Shown: piece by piece, positions 38,801-47,100 of the stretch
Layout of the letters: every line of letters starts with the position of its first letter
How positions within the stretch are numbered: position 1 is the stretch's first letter
Assembly: GCA_046116545.1 (NCBI GenBank)
Contig: CP175956.1
Span: 1,089,734 to 1,153,733 of the forward strand
Length of the DNA stretch: 64,000 nt
Source: Candidatus Moraniibacteriota bacterium
GTDB taxonomy: Bacteria > Patescibacteriota > Minisyncoccia > Moranbacterales > GCA-2747515
Reading direction: 5' to 3'
The notes under the pieces: generated by a model
Seen by the model: the letters and a program-made list of their open reading frames with translations, nothing else
Databases searched by the model: none
What the model was told of the DNA's origin: nothing
Program-made: the position numbers and the translations under genes

Positions 38801-41176
38801 TGATCCTGCTAGTGGTTGGTCTCCTGCTTCGTTTATTGTTTTTACGTATTGGGGGGTGTATCTATGTAATATATCTCCTTGACCTAATTGACCGTAACCA
38901 TTGTACCCCCAGCACATCATTCTTCCATCTGTTTTCTTGACACAATAATGTGGACCCGTTGTAACTCCCGCAACCGCAAGATCTTGCACATCTTCCAATC
39001 CTGCAACTTGCAATGGCGTTGTTTGATCTGTTATCGTACCATTTCCTACCTGACCATATGCATTATACCCAAAACATGAAACTGTTCCATCTGTATGTAA
39101 TGCACAGGTTGTAGAATGCACATATCTATTTGTAGTATCATACGCAGAACCACCTGGTATAATCTTTGATACATTTGTAAGTCCTGAATCTACTGGAGAA
39201 ACTTGATTAGTTGTTGTTCCATCACCTAATTGACCATGGTTATTATATCCCCAACCTCTTACCGTACCATCTTGCAATGTTACAAATGTTGAGCCTCTTA
39301 TACCTCCAGTTGCTTTAATACTTGTAGCCGTTGTAATCCCTGATACCTGTGTAGGTGCATTTCTTTGTGTTGTATCACCTACTCCTAATTGACCATAACC
39401 ATTATATCCCCAACACCATACTGTTCCATCAGTCTTAATGGCACATTTATATCCTTGACCAGGATAACTCCCATCAATGACCATATCTGATACATTTGCA
39501 ATATTTATTTGGATTGGATTACTCCTATTTGTTGTGGTTCCATCACCTAATTGACCGTAACCATTGTAACCCCAACACCATACTGTTCCATCTATTTTCG
39601 CAGCACAAAATGATGCGTAAGCAGCATTACCACCGTAAATATTATTCACACCTGTTAGCACTTGTACTGGTGAAGTTGCATTTGTTGTTGTTCCATCTCC
39701 TACTTGTCCATAAGCATTGTATCCCCAACAACTAACATTTCCACTACTATCTATTGCACAAGCAGTTGTTGTCTCTTGCATCTGCATTCTTGCTGTAACT
39801 ATCGTCTCTACATTTTCAAGTGTACCTACTCTTACCGGAGTATGTCTCGTTGTAGTTGTTCCATCACCTATTTGCCCCTCATTATTACGTCCCCAAGCAT
39901 ATGCATGACCATTTTCTAATATTGCATAATTGATATTCTTTGTAGACACTACACTTTCTACATCTCCAGGTAACACAACTTCTTGAGGAAATAATTTATT
40001 TGCAATGTCTGCTCCTGTACCTAGCTGTCCGTCATCATCACGTCCCCAACATTGCACACCCTTATCCTCCATCACCACACATGTTGAATAATCTGTATAT
40101 TGACCTTCCCATAATTTCTCAACTTTATTTATAGTTGAAATATCCGCTCCATTATCAGTCAATGATAGCCAATTAGAACCATCATATCCTTCAAAATCAG
40201 CACCTGTCCAACGAATTGTGCCTGCGTTTGTATTTGTTGTATTCCCAATATTTAATGCTCCCGCTATAGTAAGAGATTCCAGCGTACTATTAGTACCTAT
40301 TCCTAATTGATTATTTATATCATCCCAAAAAAGTGCTGTATTATCATCCAATACTCCAGCAGCATTAGTAAATAAAATCGAACCTGATGTATAGCTTCCT
40401 ATAGTATCTGTTAATGATAGGAAATCTGATGCTCCACCACTTCCACCCGAAGTAAGTGAAAGCCAACTTGAACCATCATATCCTTCAAAATCAGTACCAG
40501 TCCACCTAATTGTTCCAGCATTTGAATTAACAGTATTTCCAAAATTGACACCACCGTTAACTGTTAATGTCTCCGTTGTCGTAGATGTACCTATCCCAAC
40601 TCTGTTATTTGCAGTATCTACAAATAAATCATTTGAATTAACTGCAAAATCACCACCAATCTCTAAGCTACCAACTTTTGTTTGATTTGTGGATCCTGTA
40701 TTTAAATAATAATCTTCAGTTTGTCCATTTAGCCTATGTGCATTTAACGCAAAGCCTGTAGGAGTCACCTTTCTTCTAGGAGTCATCTCTGGATTTGATC
40801 CTATTTTTACTCCCAAATAATAATTTTGAGAAAAATCAATATCAATCAGATTATCACCCACTTCTCCCAATATAGTATTGAATATCCCATTTGTTACTGT
40901 AATTGATTTTGCTGTTGGAGTTCCGCATGTTCCTCTACTAGTCCAAAGGCAATTTCCTCCTGTATCCGCATCATATATTGTTAATGTGAAATCATAATCT
41001 CCATCTGATACTGCTACGTTACTAGTATCTGTTAGTTTTCCATGATATGTTAATTCTTTATCTGGAGTCGCAATTACATTTATTGATGTAATTAAAATAA
41101 AAAACAACAAAAAGAAGCTTCCTAATGCATAATTTAATTTACTCATCGTATTTGAAAGTTTTTGTTTTACACCCAT
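32804..41176 (-). CDS. Giant secreted modular fibre-like adhesin (2790 aa): three RCC1/BLIP-II propeller cassettes and a phage tail-collar domain; paralog of 4735-14487
   Basis: Signal peptide; shared N-terminus 'ELTYHGKLTDT..GDYDFTLTIYDADTGGNCLW' and C-terminus 'NMIKFDWFIV'; many 'VWCWGYNGYGQLGDGT' RCC1 repeats; collar 'CPPGWLEADG..YPDLYAVLG..TFNVPDYRGRFLRG..ETRPTN'. Confidence 0.88.
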   Translation of the reverse strand: MGVKQKLSNTMSKLNYALGSFFLLFFILITSINVIATPDKELTYHGKLTDTSNVAVSDGDYDFTLTIYDADTGGNCLWTSRGTCGTPTAKSITVTNGIFNTILGEVGDNLIDIDFSQNYYLGVKIGSNPEMTPRRKVTPTGFALNAHRLNGQTEDYYLNTGSTNQTKVGSLEIGGDFAVNSNDLFVDTANNRVGIGTSTTTETLTVNGGVNFGNTVNSNAGTIRWTGTDFEGYDGSSWLSLTSGGSGGASDFLSLTDTIGSYTSGSILFTNAAGVLDDNTALFWDDINNQLGIGTNSTLESLTIAGALNIGNTTNTNAGTIRWTGADFEGYDGSNWLSLTDNGADISTINKVEKLWEGQYTDYSTCVVMEDKGVQCWGRDDDGQLGTGADIANKLFPQEVVLPGDVESVVSTKNINYAILENGHAYAWGRNNEGQIGDGTTTTRHTPVRVGTLENVETIVTARMQMQETTTACAIDSSGNVSCWGYNAYGQVGDGTTTNATSPVQVLTGVNNIYGGNAAYASFCAAKIDGTVWCWGYNGYGQLGDGTTTNRSNPIQINIANVSDMVIDGSYPGQGYKCAIKTDGTVWCWGYNGYGQLGVGDTTQRNAPTQVSGITTATSIKATGGIRGSTFVTLQDGTVRGWGYNNHGQLGDGTTTNQVSPVDSGLTNVSKIIPGGSAYDTTNRYVHSTTCALHTDGTVSCFGYNAYGQVGNGTITDQTTPLQVAGLEDVQDLAVAGVTTGPHYCVKKTDGRMMCWGYNGYGQLGQGDILHRYTPQYVKTINEAGDQPLAGSGLWTANGSDIYYTSGNVGINTTTPNYELDINGTTQTNILQLADSGANSNLWTLREQVDNNFAISLNGTQTLTLTESGSLGLGTTNPTHKLSVVGGDIYTSGNILASNITTQCPIGEALRGFDANGDPVCISVGAAGGELAINKAEKIWKGQSNDGTSCVVMEDKTVQCWGHDDSGEVGTGVNAADKPFPEIVNLPGDVEEVITNKHSTYAILENGQVYGWGYNAQGELGDGTTTVRHIPVRIGTLEDITEIATSENLYQNHGTVCALNDVGAVYCWGYNGYGQVGNGTTTQQTSPVQIIAADVTGISGGGSQYSSFCATKTDGSVWCWGRNSQGQVGDGTIIDRNIPTQISLSNVSKIVAQGGYGEDGHKCAIKNDGTVWCWGDNGNGALGVGDTADRHVPTQMLGITNAVDIAVGGDNGASTHVVLQDGTVRSTGYNGGGQLGIGTTTNSSTPVDAGLTDVSKVVIAGGYSLYGTVCALHNSGEVSCWGYNGNGQVGNGTTVNPQTTPSLVEGVEYAKDIAMGGFAGPTHACVTLIDGRMKCWGDNTYGQLGNGTETMRTTPQYVKTVNETYDDNPVVGGGLWTANGSDIYYTSGNVGINTTTPNYELDINGTTQTNILQLADSGANSNLWTLREQVDNNFAISLNGTQTLTLTESGSLGLGTTNPTHKLSVVGGDIYTSGNILASNITTQCPIGEALRGFDANGDPVCISVGAAGGETTINQVEKLWEGNSNAGISCAIMEDKKVQCWGRDVNGELGDDSMISNKYLPVEVVLPENVSSISTNRQITYAILENGHLYAWGYNGHGALGDGTTTQRPTPVRVGALENISKIATSRNLHNVAASACALDTSGNVYCWGYNASGQVGNGNTTQQTSPVQIITGNVADISGGGGNTASYCAQFNDGSVQCWGANAQGELGDGTTTARNTPTPITINNVSKMVAQGDYTGQVHRCAIKNDNTVWCWGNNDDGALGLGDTTNRTAPSQVLGITNAFDIAIGGDNGNVTFVVLQDGTVRSWGHNGRGQLGIGTTTNSNSPVDPGLTDVKDIIIAGGYNLYGTVCALHNSGEVSCWGYNANGQVGNGNTTDQYSPVKVSNIDSATQIAMGGYGGLTHTCVKTTGGRVQCWGYNGQGQLGNSTATNAYSPQYVKTINEAGDQPTTGLGMWTQNGSDIYYTSGNVGIGTNTPQEALDVDGAIRLGSTTNTIAGNIRWTGTDFEGYNGTQWKSFTSPDLSFLDLTDTPSSYIAGSIPYTNSIGNAIVAGTNLMFDGTNLDIEGSIRIGSDFDACDSSKEGSMRYNTTQMAMEFCNGTVWGALSTGSGGGGIIIGSTTSDYLTADDLNGGITQHRVQSDVGIMTLIDISNESGYLVSGHIEGASISEVTIEIDGVLQSLDVGLFEDEVGDDNTFINLPHIKYESSLRVVFTAAGAGDVVAGVAITKKDIGSHGTTDSLSAGTVNAYATEVCPPGWLEADGAEASRTAYPDLYAVLGDMYGDGDGSSTFNVPDYRGRFLRGWDHGAGLDPDAASRGDRGDGTTGDAVGTTQDDEFASHDHDFQLHDAENDAAGTTTGYKKEGVYNWKPTMTTQATGGSETRPTNVNVLYCVNTENPDGDTLWTENFEGIYYDGGNMAIGSENYGTDANNLLTISSSVAPTASITDGIQLFAVEDAGSHELRVRDEAGNVTTLSPHNFSDIPAGASEDMAWAYRSERDEKIINVDMTKAMRFIEKLTGEKLVYITDKNTGVEIPQIDSLNILDLPTPDKMQEIDTSIKSLTLKTDTNIVDLQSSTDDQFETSYNTINQVGDDVLELRDEANTLTQQVIPEINSRIDDLQASLSILTNIDTRVLALDVDKLIFVENGVLTQSTVDGDGNEIIADVIDLTLEGLLSVKKLVAQEIEINKLTVESQEDDSIVGKSVICPEDTSYDEADDDCVVDLESESDGQSIFVATEAVTNNSHIFVTPHGDVEQLVSVSEIQDGVGFIVKVKDAITNMIKFDWFIVEGSE
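36660..37053. repeat. 394-bp direct repeat, copy A
   Basis: Identical by eye to 38403-38796 (offset 1743); overlapping plus-strand ORF translations are also identical. Confidence 0.9.
38403..38796. repeat. 394-bp direct repeat, copy B
   Basis: Identical by eye to 36660-37053. Confidence 0.9.
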
Positions 41177-41247
41177 TTTTTTTTATAATTTTTGATACAA
41201 TTATTATATCACATATACTGCAATACATCCTAATTTTTATATTTATT

Positions 41248-42423
41248 CTAGTTCATACATTGTTCATACACATTTAAAGTCTCTTTTGCTGTTTTATTCC
41301 AGTTAAAATCTCTTGCTCTAACTAAACCCTTCTCTTTAAAATCATTTCTTAAATTTTCATTATCTGCAAATTTTATCATCGCACTAGCTATCTCTTTTGT
41401 ATCTACAGGATTTACAAGTATAGCTGATTCATCTGAAATTTCAGGTGCTGATCCAAAATTTGTTACTATTGCTGGGGTCCCTGTTGCGAATGCCTCTAAT
41501 ATTGTAGTTCCAAATCCTTCATATAATGAAGGTAATACAAAAAACTCTGCATTTTTAAATAATGGAACAAGCTCATCTCCTATAATATAACCACTAAATT
41601 TCACATCTTTTGTTAATTGTAAATCTTTTGAAATATATTTAATATCATTAGAAAGCCATCCCGGCTTACCTGCTATGAGCATTTGATAATCACATCTTTC
41701 TCTTCTACTCTTTTTCATTCTATCTTCCTTAAATAACGAAAAAGCATGTAACAATCTTGTTACATTTTTTGATGGCTCCACAGTCCCAAGGAATAAAATA
41801 TACTTTTTTGTAATTCCAAACTTCTTTGGAACTATTTTACAATTTACCGGGCAGTCTTCATAAAACCTATCATCCAAGCCTGAATAAATAACTTCTGTCT
41901 TATCAGCTGTTGTCTTAAATAGTTCTTTTGCATCGTTTTTTATTGATTCGGATACAGCTATAACTCTATCCGCCTTTTTCAACATAAATTTCTTCACAAT
42001 ACGAGATCTTATAACTTCTGATTTTTTATAACTTTCTGGCATCTTATAAATACCTAAGTCATGTAATGTCACAATAACTTTACCTCTATATGTTGAAGGA
42101 ATCCGAGTTTCTGTAGAAGTAACATGTAACACATCTAGATTTTCTCTAGACAATACAGCTGAACCTAAAAGCTCATTATATGCAAATGGCATATACTTTT
42201 TGTAATCAGAAAAAGGATAAAATACTATTTTTGTATTTTTTCTAGTAAACTTCCGCACGTCCTTTTGCCGAACTCTAGAATCAAAAAATAGTACATACTC
42301 ATTTTCCTCATCAATCTCCAAAAGGTGTTTTATCAATTGATATGTATAATGTCCAACACCTATTGCTTCACCTTTTGCAGGATTTAAAATTGTCCTTGCA
42401 TCTATTCCTATTTTCATAACCAA
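41248..42423 (-). CDS. GT4 glycosyltransferase (MtfB/WbdA-like)
   Basis: 'MKIGIDAR', 'GVGHY', 'TLHDL', 'GTVEPSKN', 'PSLYEGFG..ILEA..G.P', 'FNW.KTA' motifs. Confidence 0.9.
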   Translation of the reverse strand: MVMKIGIDARTILNPAKGEAIGVGHYTYQLIKHLLEIDEENEYVLFFDSRVRQKDVRKFTRKNTKIVFYPFSDYKKYMPFAYNELLGSAVLSRENLDVLHVTSTETRIPSTYRGKVIVTLHDLGIYKMPESYKKSEVIRSRIVKKFMLKKADRVIAVSESIKNDAKELFKTTADKTEVIYSGLDDRFYEDCPVNCKIVPKKFGITKKYILFLGTVEPSKNVTRLLHAFSLFKEDRMKKSRRERCDYQMLIAGKPGWLSNDIKYISKDLQLTKDVKFSGYIIGDELVPLFKNAEFFVLPSLYEGFGTTILEAFATGTPAIVTNFGSAPEISDESAILVNPVDTKEIASAMIKFADNENLRNDFKEKGLVRARDFNWNKTAKETLNVYEQCMN

Positions 42424-42428
42424 TTTGA

Positions 42429-44060
42429 TTACATATTATCTGGAGCACTTACTCCTATTGTATTTAATGTTTCTGCTATTACAATTTTAGTTGCTTTCAC
42501 CAACTTCAACCTTGCTAATGATAATGATTTATTATCCTCGTCAATAACCTTGCATTCAGTATAAAATGAATGAAACTTCTCCGCTAATCTAATCGCGTAA
42601 TGTGGTAATTGATGTATGTGATATGTATTTGCAATATCCTCAATCATCTCAGAAAAAACTTCTAATTCTCTCATTAATTCTTTTTCCTTTTTATGTGTCA
42701 ATTCATTTATTGAACATTTTTCTATATCTTCATTCGTAAAAGATGAATTTAGACCTTTTTCTAAAATACCTGCAAGTCTTGCGTGAGCATATTGAACATA
42801 ATACACTGGATTCTTACTAGACTTTTCTTTTGCTAATTCTAAATCAAAATCCATGTGTGAATCAGATGATTGCATCAAAAAGAAAAACCTAGCAACATCA
42901 TGACCAACTTCTTCAATTAATTCATCAATGTAAATAACATTTCCAGCTCGTTTACTCATGCGTACTTCTTTTCCATCTTTCATAAGCCTTACCAGCTGTA
43001 CAATAATGAATTTTATTTCACCCTCAAATCCTAATGCTCTAGCAGCAGCCTCAAACCTCACAATATATCCGTGATGATCTGCTCCCCACACCTCAATTAT
43101 ATGATTAAAGCCTCTGTCCATTTTATTCAAAATATATCCACAATCACTTGCAAAATATGTTTTTACTCCATCACCCTTTATTAAAACTCTATCCTTATCA
43201 TCACCAAATTTTGTAGTTTTCAACCAAATTGCACCTTCACTCTCAAATACCAATTCTTTTTGTTTTAATTTATCAATCGCTTTTTCCACATAATCAGTTT
43301 CCACAATATCCCTTTTTTCAGAAATCCATGAATCAAAGTCTATATGCATCAAATCAGATGTCATTGTCTTTAAATATGTTTCCACGATAATATCTGCAGC
43401 CCATTGTCCAACCTCCATGGCATCCTTTTTATCACTTATATCTGACTCTTCTATTTGACCATTTAGCTTATCTATATAATCACCAGCATATACAGCATGT
43501 TCATCTTTAAGAACACTATGACCTAATGTTATCACCTGTTCACCTGCATCATTAATATAATACTCACTTGTTACATCAGCTCCATTTTTTTTCAAGACAT
43601 TTCCCATAGCATCACCCAAAAAACCACCTCTACCATTCCCTAAATGTATTGGTCCTGTAGGATTTGCTGATATAAACTCATTATTTATCTTAAAATTCTT
43701 TTTTGAATTATTACTACCATAACTATTACCTTCTTTTATTATATTTTCAACAACATCTTGTAAGTGTTTATATGTCACACTTATATTTATAAATCCTGGA
43801 GCAGCAACTGCACAATTATCGATTTTATCACCGCTAAGTACTTCCATGATATCTGCTAATTCATTCGCAATTTCAATTGGTGCTTTTTTTAATTCTTTTG
43901 ACAATTGAAATGCAACATTAGTCATCCAATCACCATGTGTAAAATCCTTTGGTCTTTCAACTATAATTTCAGGTATATCAAAGCCACTCCAAATATTATC
44001 CTTTTGGAGTTTTTTTATAGACTTTTCAATTAATTCTTCAATTATTTTTTTCATAAACAT
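42429..44060 (-). CDS. argS: Arginine--tRNA ligase
   Basis: 'PGFIN', 'EFISANPTGPIHLGNGR', 'GADHHGY', 'MSKRAG', 'NPVYYVQYAHAR', 'GVSAP..M' motifs. Confidence 0.97.
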   Translation of the reverse strand: MFMKKIIEELIEKSIKKLQKDNIWSGFDIPEIIVERPKDFTHGDWMTNVAFQLSKELKKAPIEIANELADIMEVLSGDKIDNCAVAAPGFINISVTYKHLQDVVENIIKEGNSYGSNNSKKNFKINNEFISANPTGPIHLGNGRGGFLGDAMGNVLKKNGADVTSEYYINDAGEQVITLGHSVLKDEHAVYAGDYIDKLNGQIEESDISDKKDAMEVGQWAADIIVETYLKTMTSDLMHIDFDSWISEKRDIVETDYVEKAIDKLKQKELVFESEGAIWLKTTKFGDDKDRVLIKGDGVKTYFASDCGYILNKMDRGFNHIIEVWGADHHGYIVRFEAAARALGFEGEIKFIIVQLVRLMKDGKEVRMSKRAGNVIYIDELIEEVGHDVARFFFLMQSSDSHMDFDLELAKEKSSKNPVYYVQYAHARLAGILEKGLNSSFTNEDIEKCSINELTHKKEKELMRELEVFSEMIEDIANTYHIHQLPHYAIRLAEKFHSFYTECKVIDEDNKSLSLARLKLVKATKIVIAETLNTIGVSAPDNM

Positions 44061-44116
44061 ACCTTATAATACCCTCACTCTACCACGCAATCACCAAAAA
44101 ATAAAGGTCATGCTAC

Positions 44117-44155
44117 AAAAAAATAGAGCACTCTTATAGAGCACTCTATTTTTTT
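44117..44155. terminator. Intrinsic terminator downstream of the 1878-aa gene
   Basis: AAAAAAATAGAG..CTCTATTTTTTT hairpin with G-U pairs on the minus-strand RNA. Confidence 0.7.
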
Positions 44156-44184
44156 GTATTGATGTTTAAACTTTAATATCCTCC

Positions 44185-47100
44185 CTAGGCAAGACCTTTC
44201 CTAACATTGATATTACCTTGTTTTTCAAAAGGTTGTCCTGATATTGGTTGTCCTTTTACTTTCATATTGTAATCTCCATTTTCTGCTAGAAGATAATATC
44301 TTCCTATTGCATCTGTTACAGCGAATCCTGTTTTTTGATTTGTTTCTTTGTTATGGAGTGATACTACTGCAAAAGGTACTGGGTTTTTATCATGTTTTGT
44401 TACTGTTCCATATTTCTTTTGTTTTATGAAGTTATCATAAATGAACAGTGCCATATATAGAGATAGGAATATGTAATTTAGAGTTGATGGGTACAGGTAA
44501 GTTATTGCTGCTGTAGCTATAAATCCTACGTAAAAAAGAATTATGAAGCTCCATTTCTTTATTGCTGAGAAAGTTCCTGTATAGCTTTTTACTTTTTTAT
44601 CTGCATATTCATTCCAGTTTATATTCAGGGCATTCATTGCAATATTTGTTGCTAGAACTTTGTTTTCTTCTATTGTTAATGCTTCTCCTGTATATACATC
44701 TCCGTATAGTGAATCATGGTTATGAGTTAGGTCTTCTTCATATTTTGGTTTTTCTGGATGTATCAGATATGTTCCATTTGTTGTTAAGAATCCAAATCTT
44801 CCATGTTGATCTGAGTATGTTGTTTCTATTTCAAAGCCCTCTATATCAGTTAGAACTAGTTTTACTCCAGGCAATGGTTGTTTTGTTGTTTGTTCAAACA
44901 CTGTTCCCCAGTTTTGTTCATTTTTTCTTCTAGCTAATATTCCTAAGAAAGGCATTATGAATATATCTGTTGCTGCCATTGGGATTGTTGTGAATAGAGG
45001 GATTGTTGTTGAAGCTAGAGCTATTAGTGTTCCTGTTGTTAATCCTACTACTGCAGCTGCTTGATATTGTTTTTCTTTTTGTTGTTCCTTTGTTGGTTCT
45101 TGTACAGGAGGATCTGTTACTTCTTGTGCTGGTGGTTCAGGATCACTTCCTCCTTGTACTACTGGAGGAGTTACTATTTCTTTTTCTTCTCTACTAGCGC
45201 TACATGTTATTTCTTCATCATCATTTGTACATGTCCATGAAGATGATTCTCCTTGATTTGGAAATTCTGGTATATTTAATACTTCTCCTGTTTGACAGAA
45301 GTCTCCTGTGAATTCTGATTCATCTTCTGTATATGTTTTACTTGATTCTCCACATTCTGGATTTACTATTTCTTTTGTAGGTCCTAGAGTTGTTTTTTCT
45401 GTTGTTGCTGTTTTAGAATGTGGACAGTATTCGTAGCTATCATCTTCTTGATATGATACTTTGAACCTATATTGGGTATCTTCTTCTAGGTTATCTATCT
45501 CTAGAGTTACTCTTCCACTATCAGATGGTTTATCCGTTAGTTTTATTGTTTCTTTTTCATTTGTATATAGATTCTCTACTTCTACTTTGAATTTTATTTT
45601 CTCATCTGCGTATTCTTCATCTACTTCTACTCTTAGAGTTACTGAATCTTTTGTTATTTCTTTTATATTGTCGGTTTTGCATTCTTTTTCTTCTTCTGGA
45701 TCCTCTGGGTCTATTGGTGGGGTTACTGGAGAATCACATGATGGGTCTGGTTTTGTTTTGTATGTGAAGTCTGATCCTGTGTTGTCAGGAACTTGAGTCT
45801 CTGTTGTTAATACTGAAATCTCATTAACTTGTGCATCAATCGAAGTTGCAATATTTGGAATTCTTTCTATTTTTAATACTTCCAATATTGTACCATTAGC
45901 AGTTTGAAATCGTACTGAGCCTAAATTTCTATCCATACCTGTTAAATCTATCTCCCCACCTGTAGAACTAATAACTTGTGTTTGCCACATTTCAAGATTT
46001 GTTCCTGCTGCATTCCATTGCCAAATTATCACATTTACATCATCACCATCATGATTTAACTCAAATCGCAATTTATCAGATGCTGTTATTACATCAGGAG
46101 TTATTAATTCTAAACTAAATTCATATGTTTTTTGTCCAATATATTTAACTCCATCCCATGTACCGTTAAGTGGGCTTGCACCAGCTCCTGCTGGATGAAA
46201 TGCATTCCAATGTGATATATCTGTAATGTCAGTCCAACTTGGCAAAACTATATCATGATTAAATACGTATTTTATATATCTTCCAAACTCATCAATATCA
46301 ATTGATTCCTCCCATGAATCAGGTGTATTGATATCCCAATCTGAAATTAATGCACTACCCATGTTATTTACATCATCTGAAATATATATATCTATTTTAG
46401 GCAAATCATCACTACTACTGTCTATATATGCACGCATTTTTTGAATTTGTTTTGACTCACTCATATCATATATTGCATAGGCAGCCTCAGTGTCATAAGT
46501 ATATACATCACCTGTTACCACATCATTATTAATGGTATTATCTGCACTTGGCCAATTTGTACTGACCTCATATACTGATTGTGGTTGACTCCATTCTGTA
46601 GTTACTTGTTCTTCATCAATCATTTTTATATCAGTAACATTACAGTCTTTTTTATCTGAATCTGGCATTAGCACATACTCCCATGTAACTTGATTATTAT
46701 TTGAATACAAAAATGAAGTTGTGTCTGAATGTGTACTTTCTTCTGAACCTACTTCATAACACTCACACTCTAGAATTGTTTTAATAACTGTATTATCACC
46801 TGGTGTTGGTGGCATTATACTTTGAGACTCATATTCAACACGAACACCATCCAGCACTGGCACTGAACCTTTGTATAAAATTGCTTTCCATCTTAGATTA
46901 TCGCCTTTTATATCAAAAATTAATTCTTCACCACTATTAACTTGTATCCATGTAGCACCTCCATCAATTGAAAGATAATATTCTATCCTTGATTCTCCTT
47001 CTAATTCTTCATCCGCTATTAGAGTTGCTTTTATTATATCTGCAATACTTCCATTTATTTTATCTGACTGCACTACTGCTGGAGATATAATCTCTGTTGG

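Noticed and set aside
32804-41176. Prophage suggested by tail-collar and fibre-like domains
   Set aside because: Domains lie inside a signal-peptide-bearing gene between housekeeping genes; no capsid, terminase, portal or integrase
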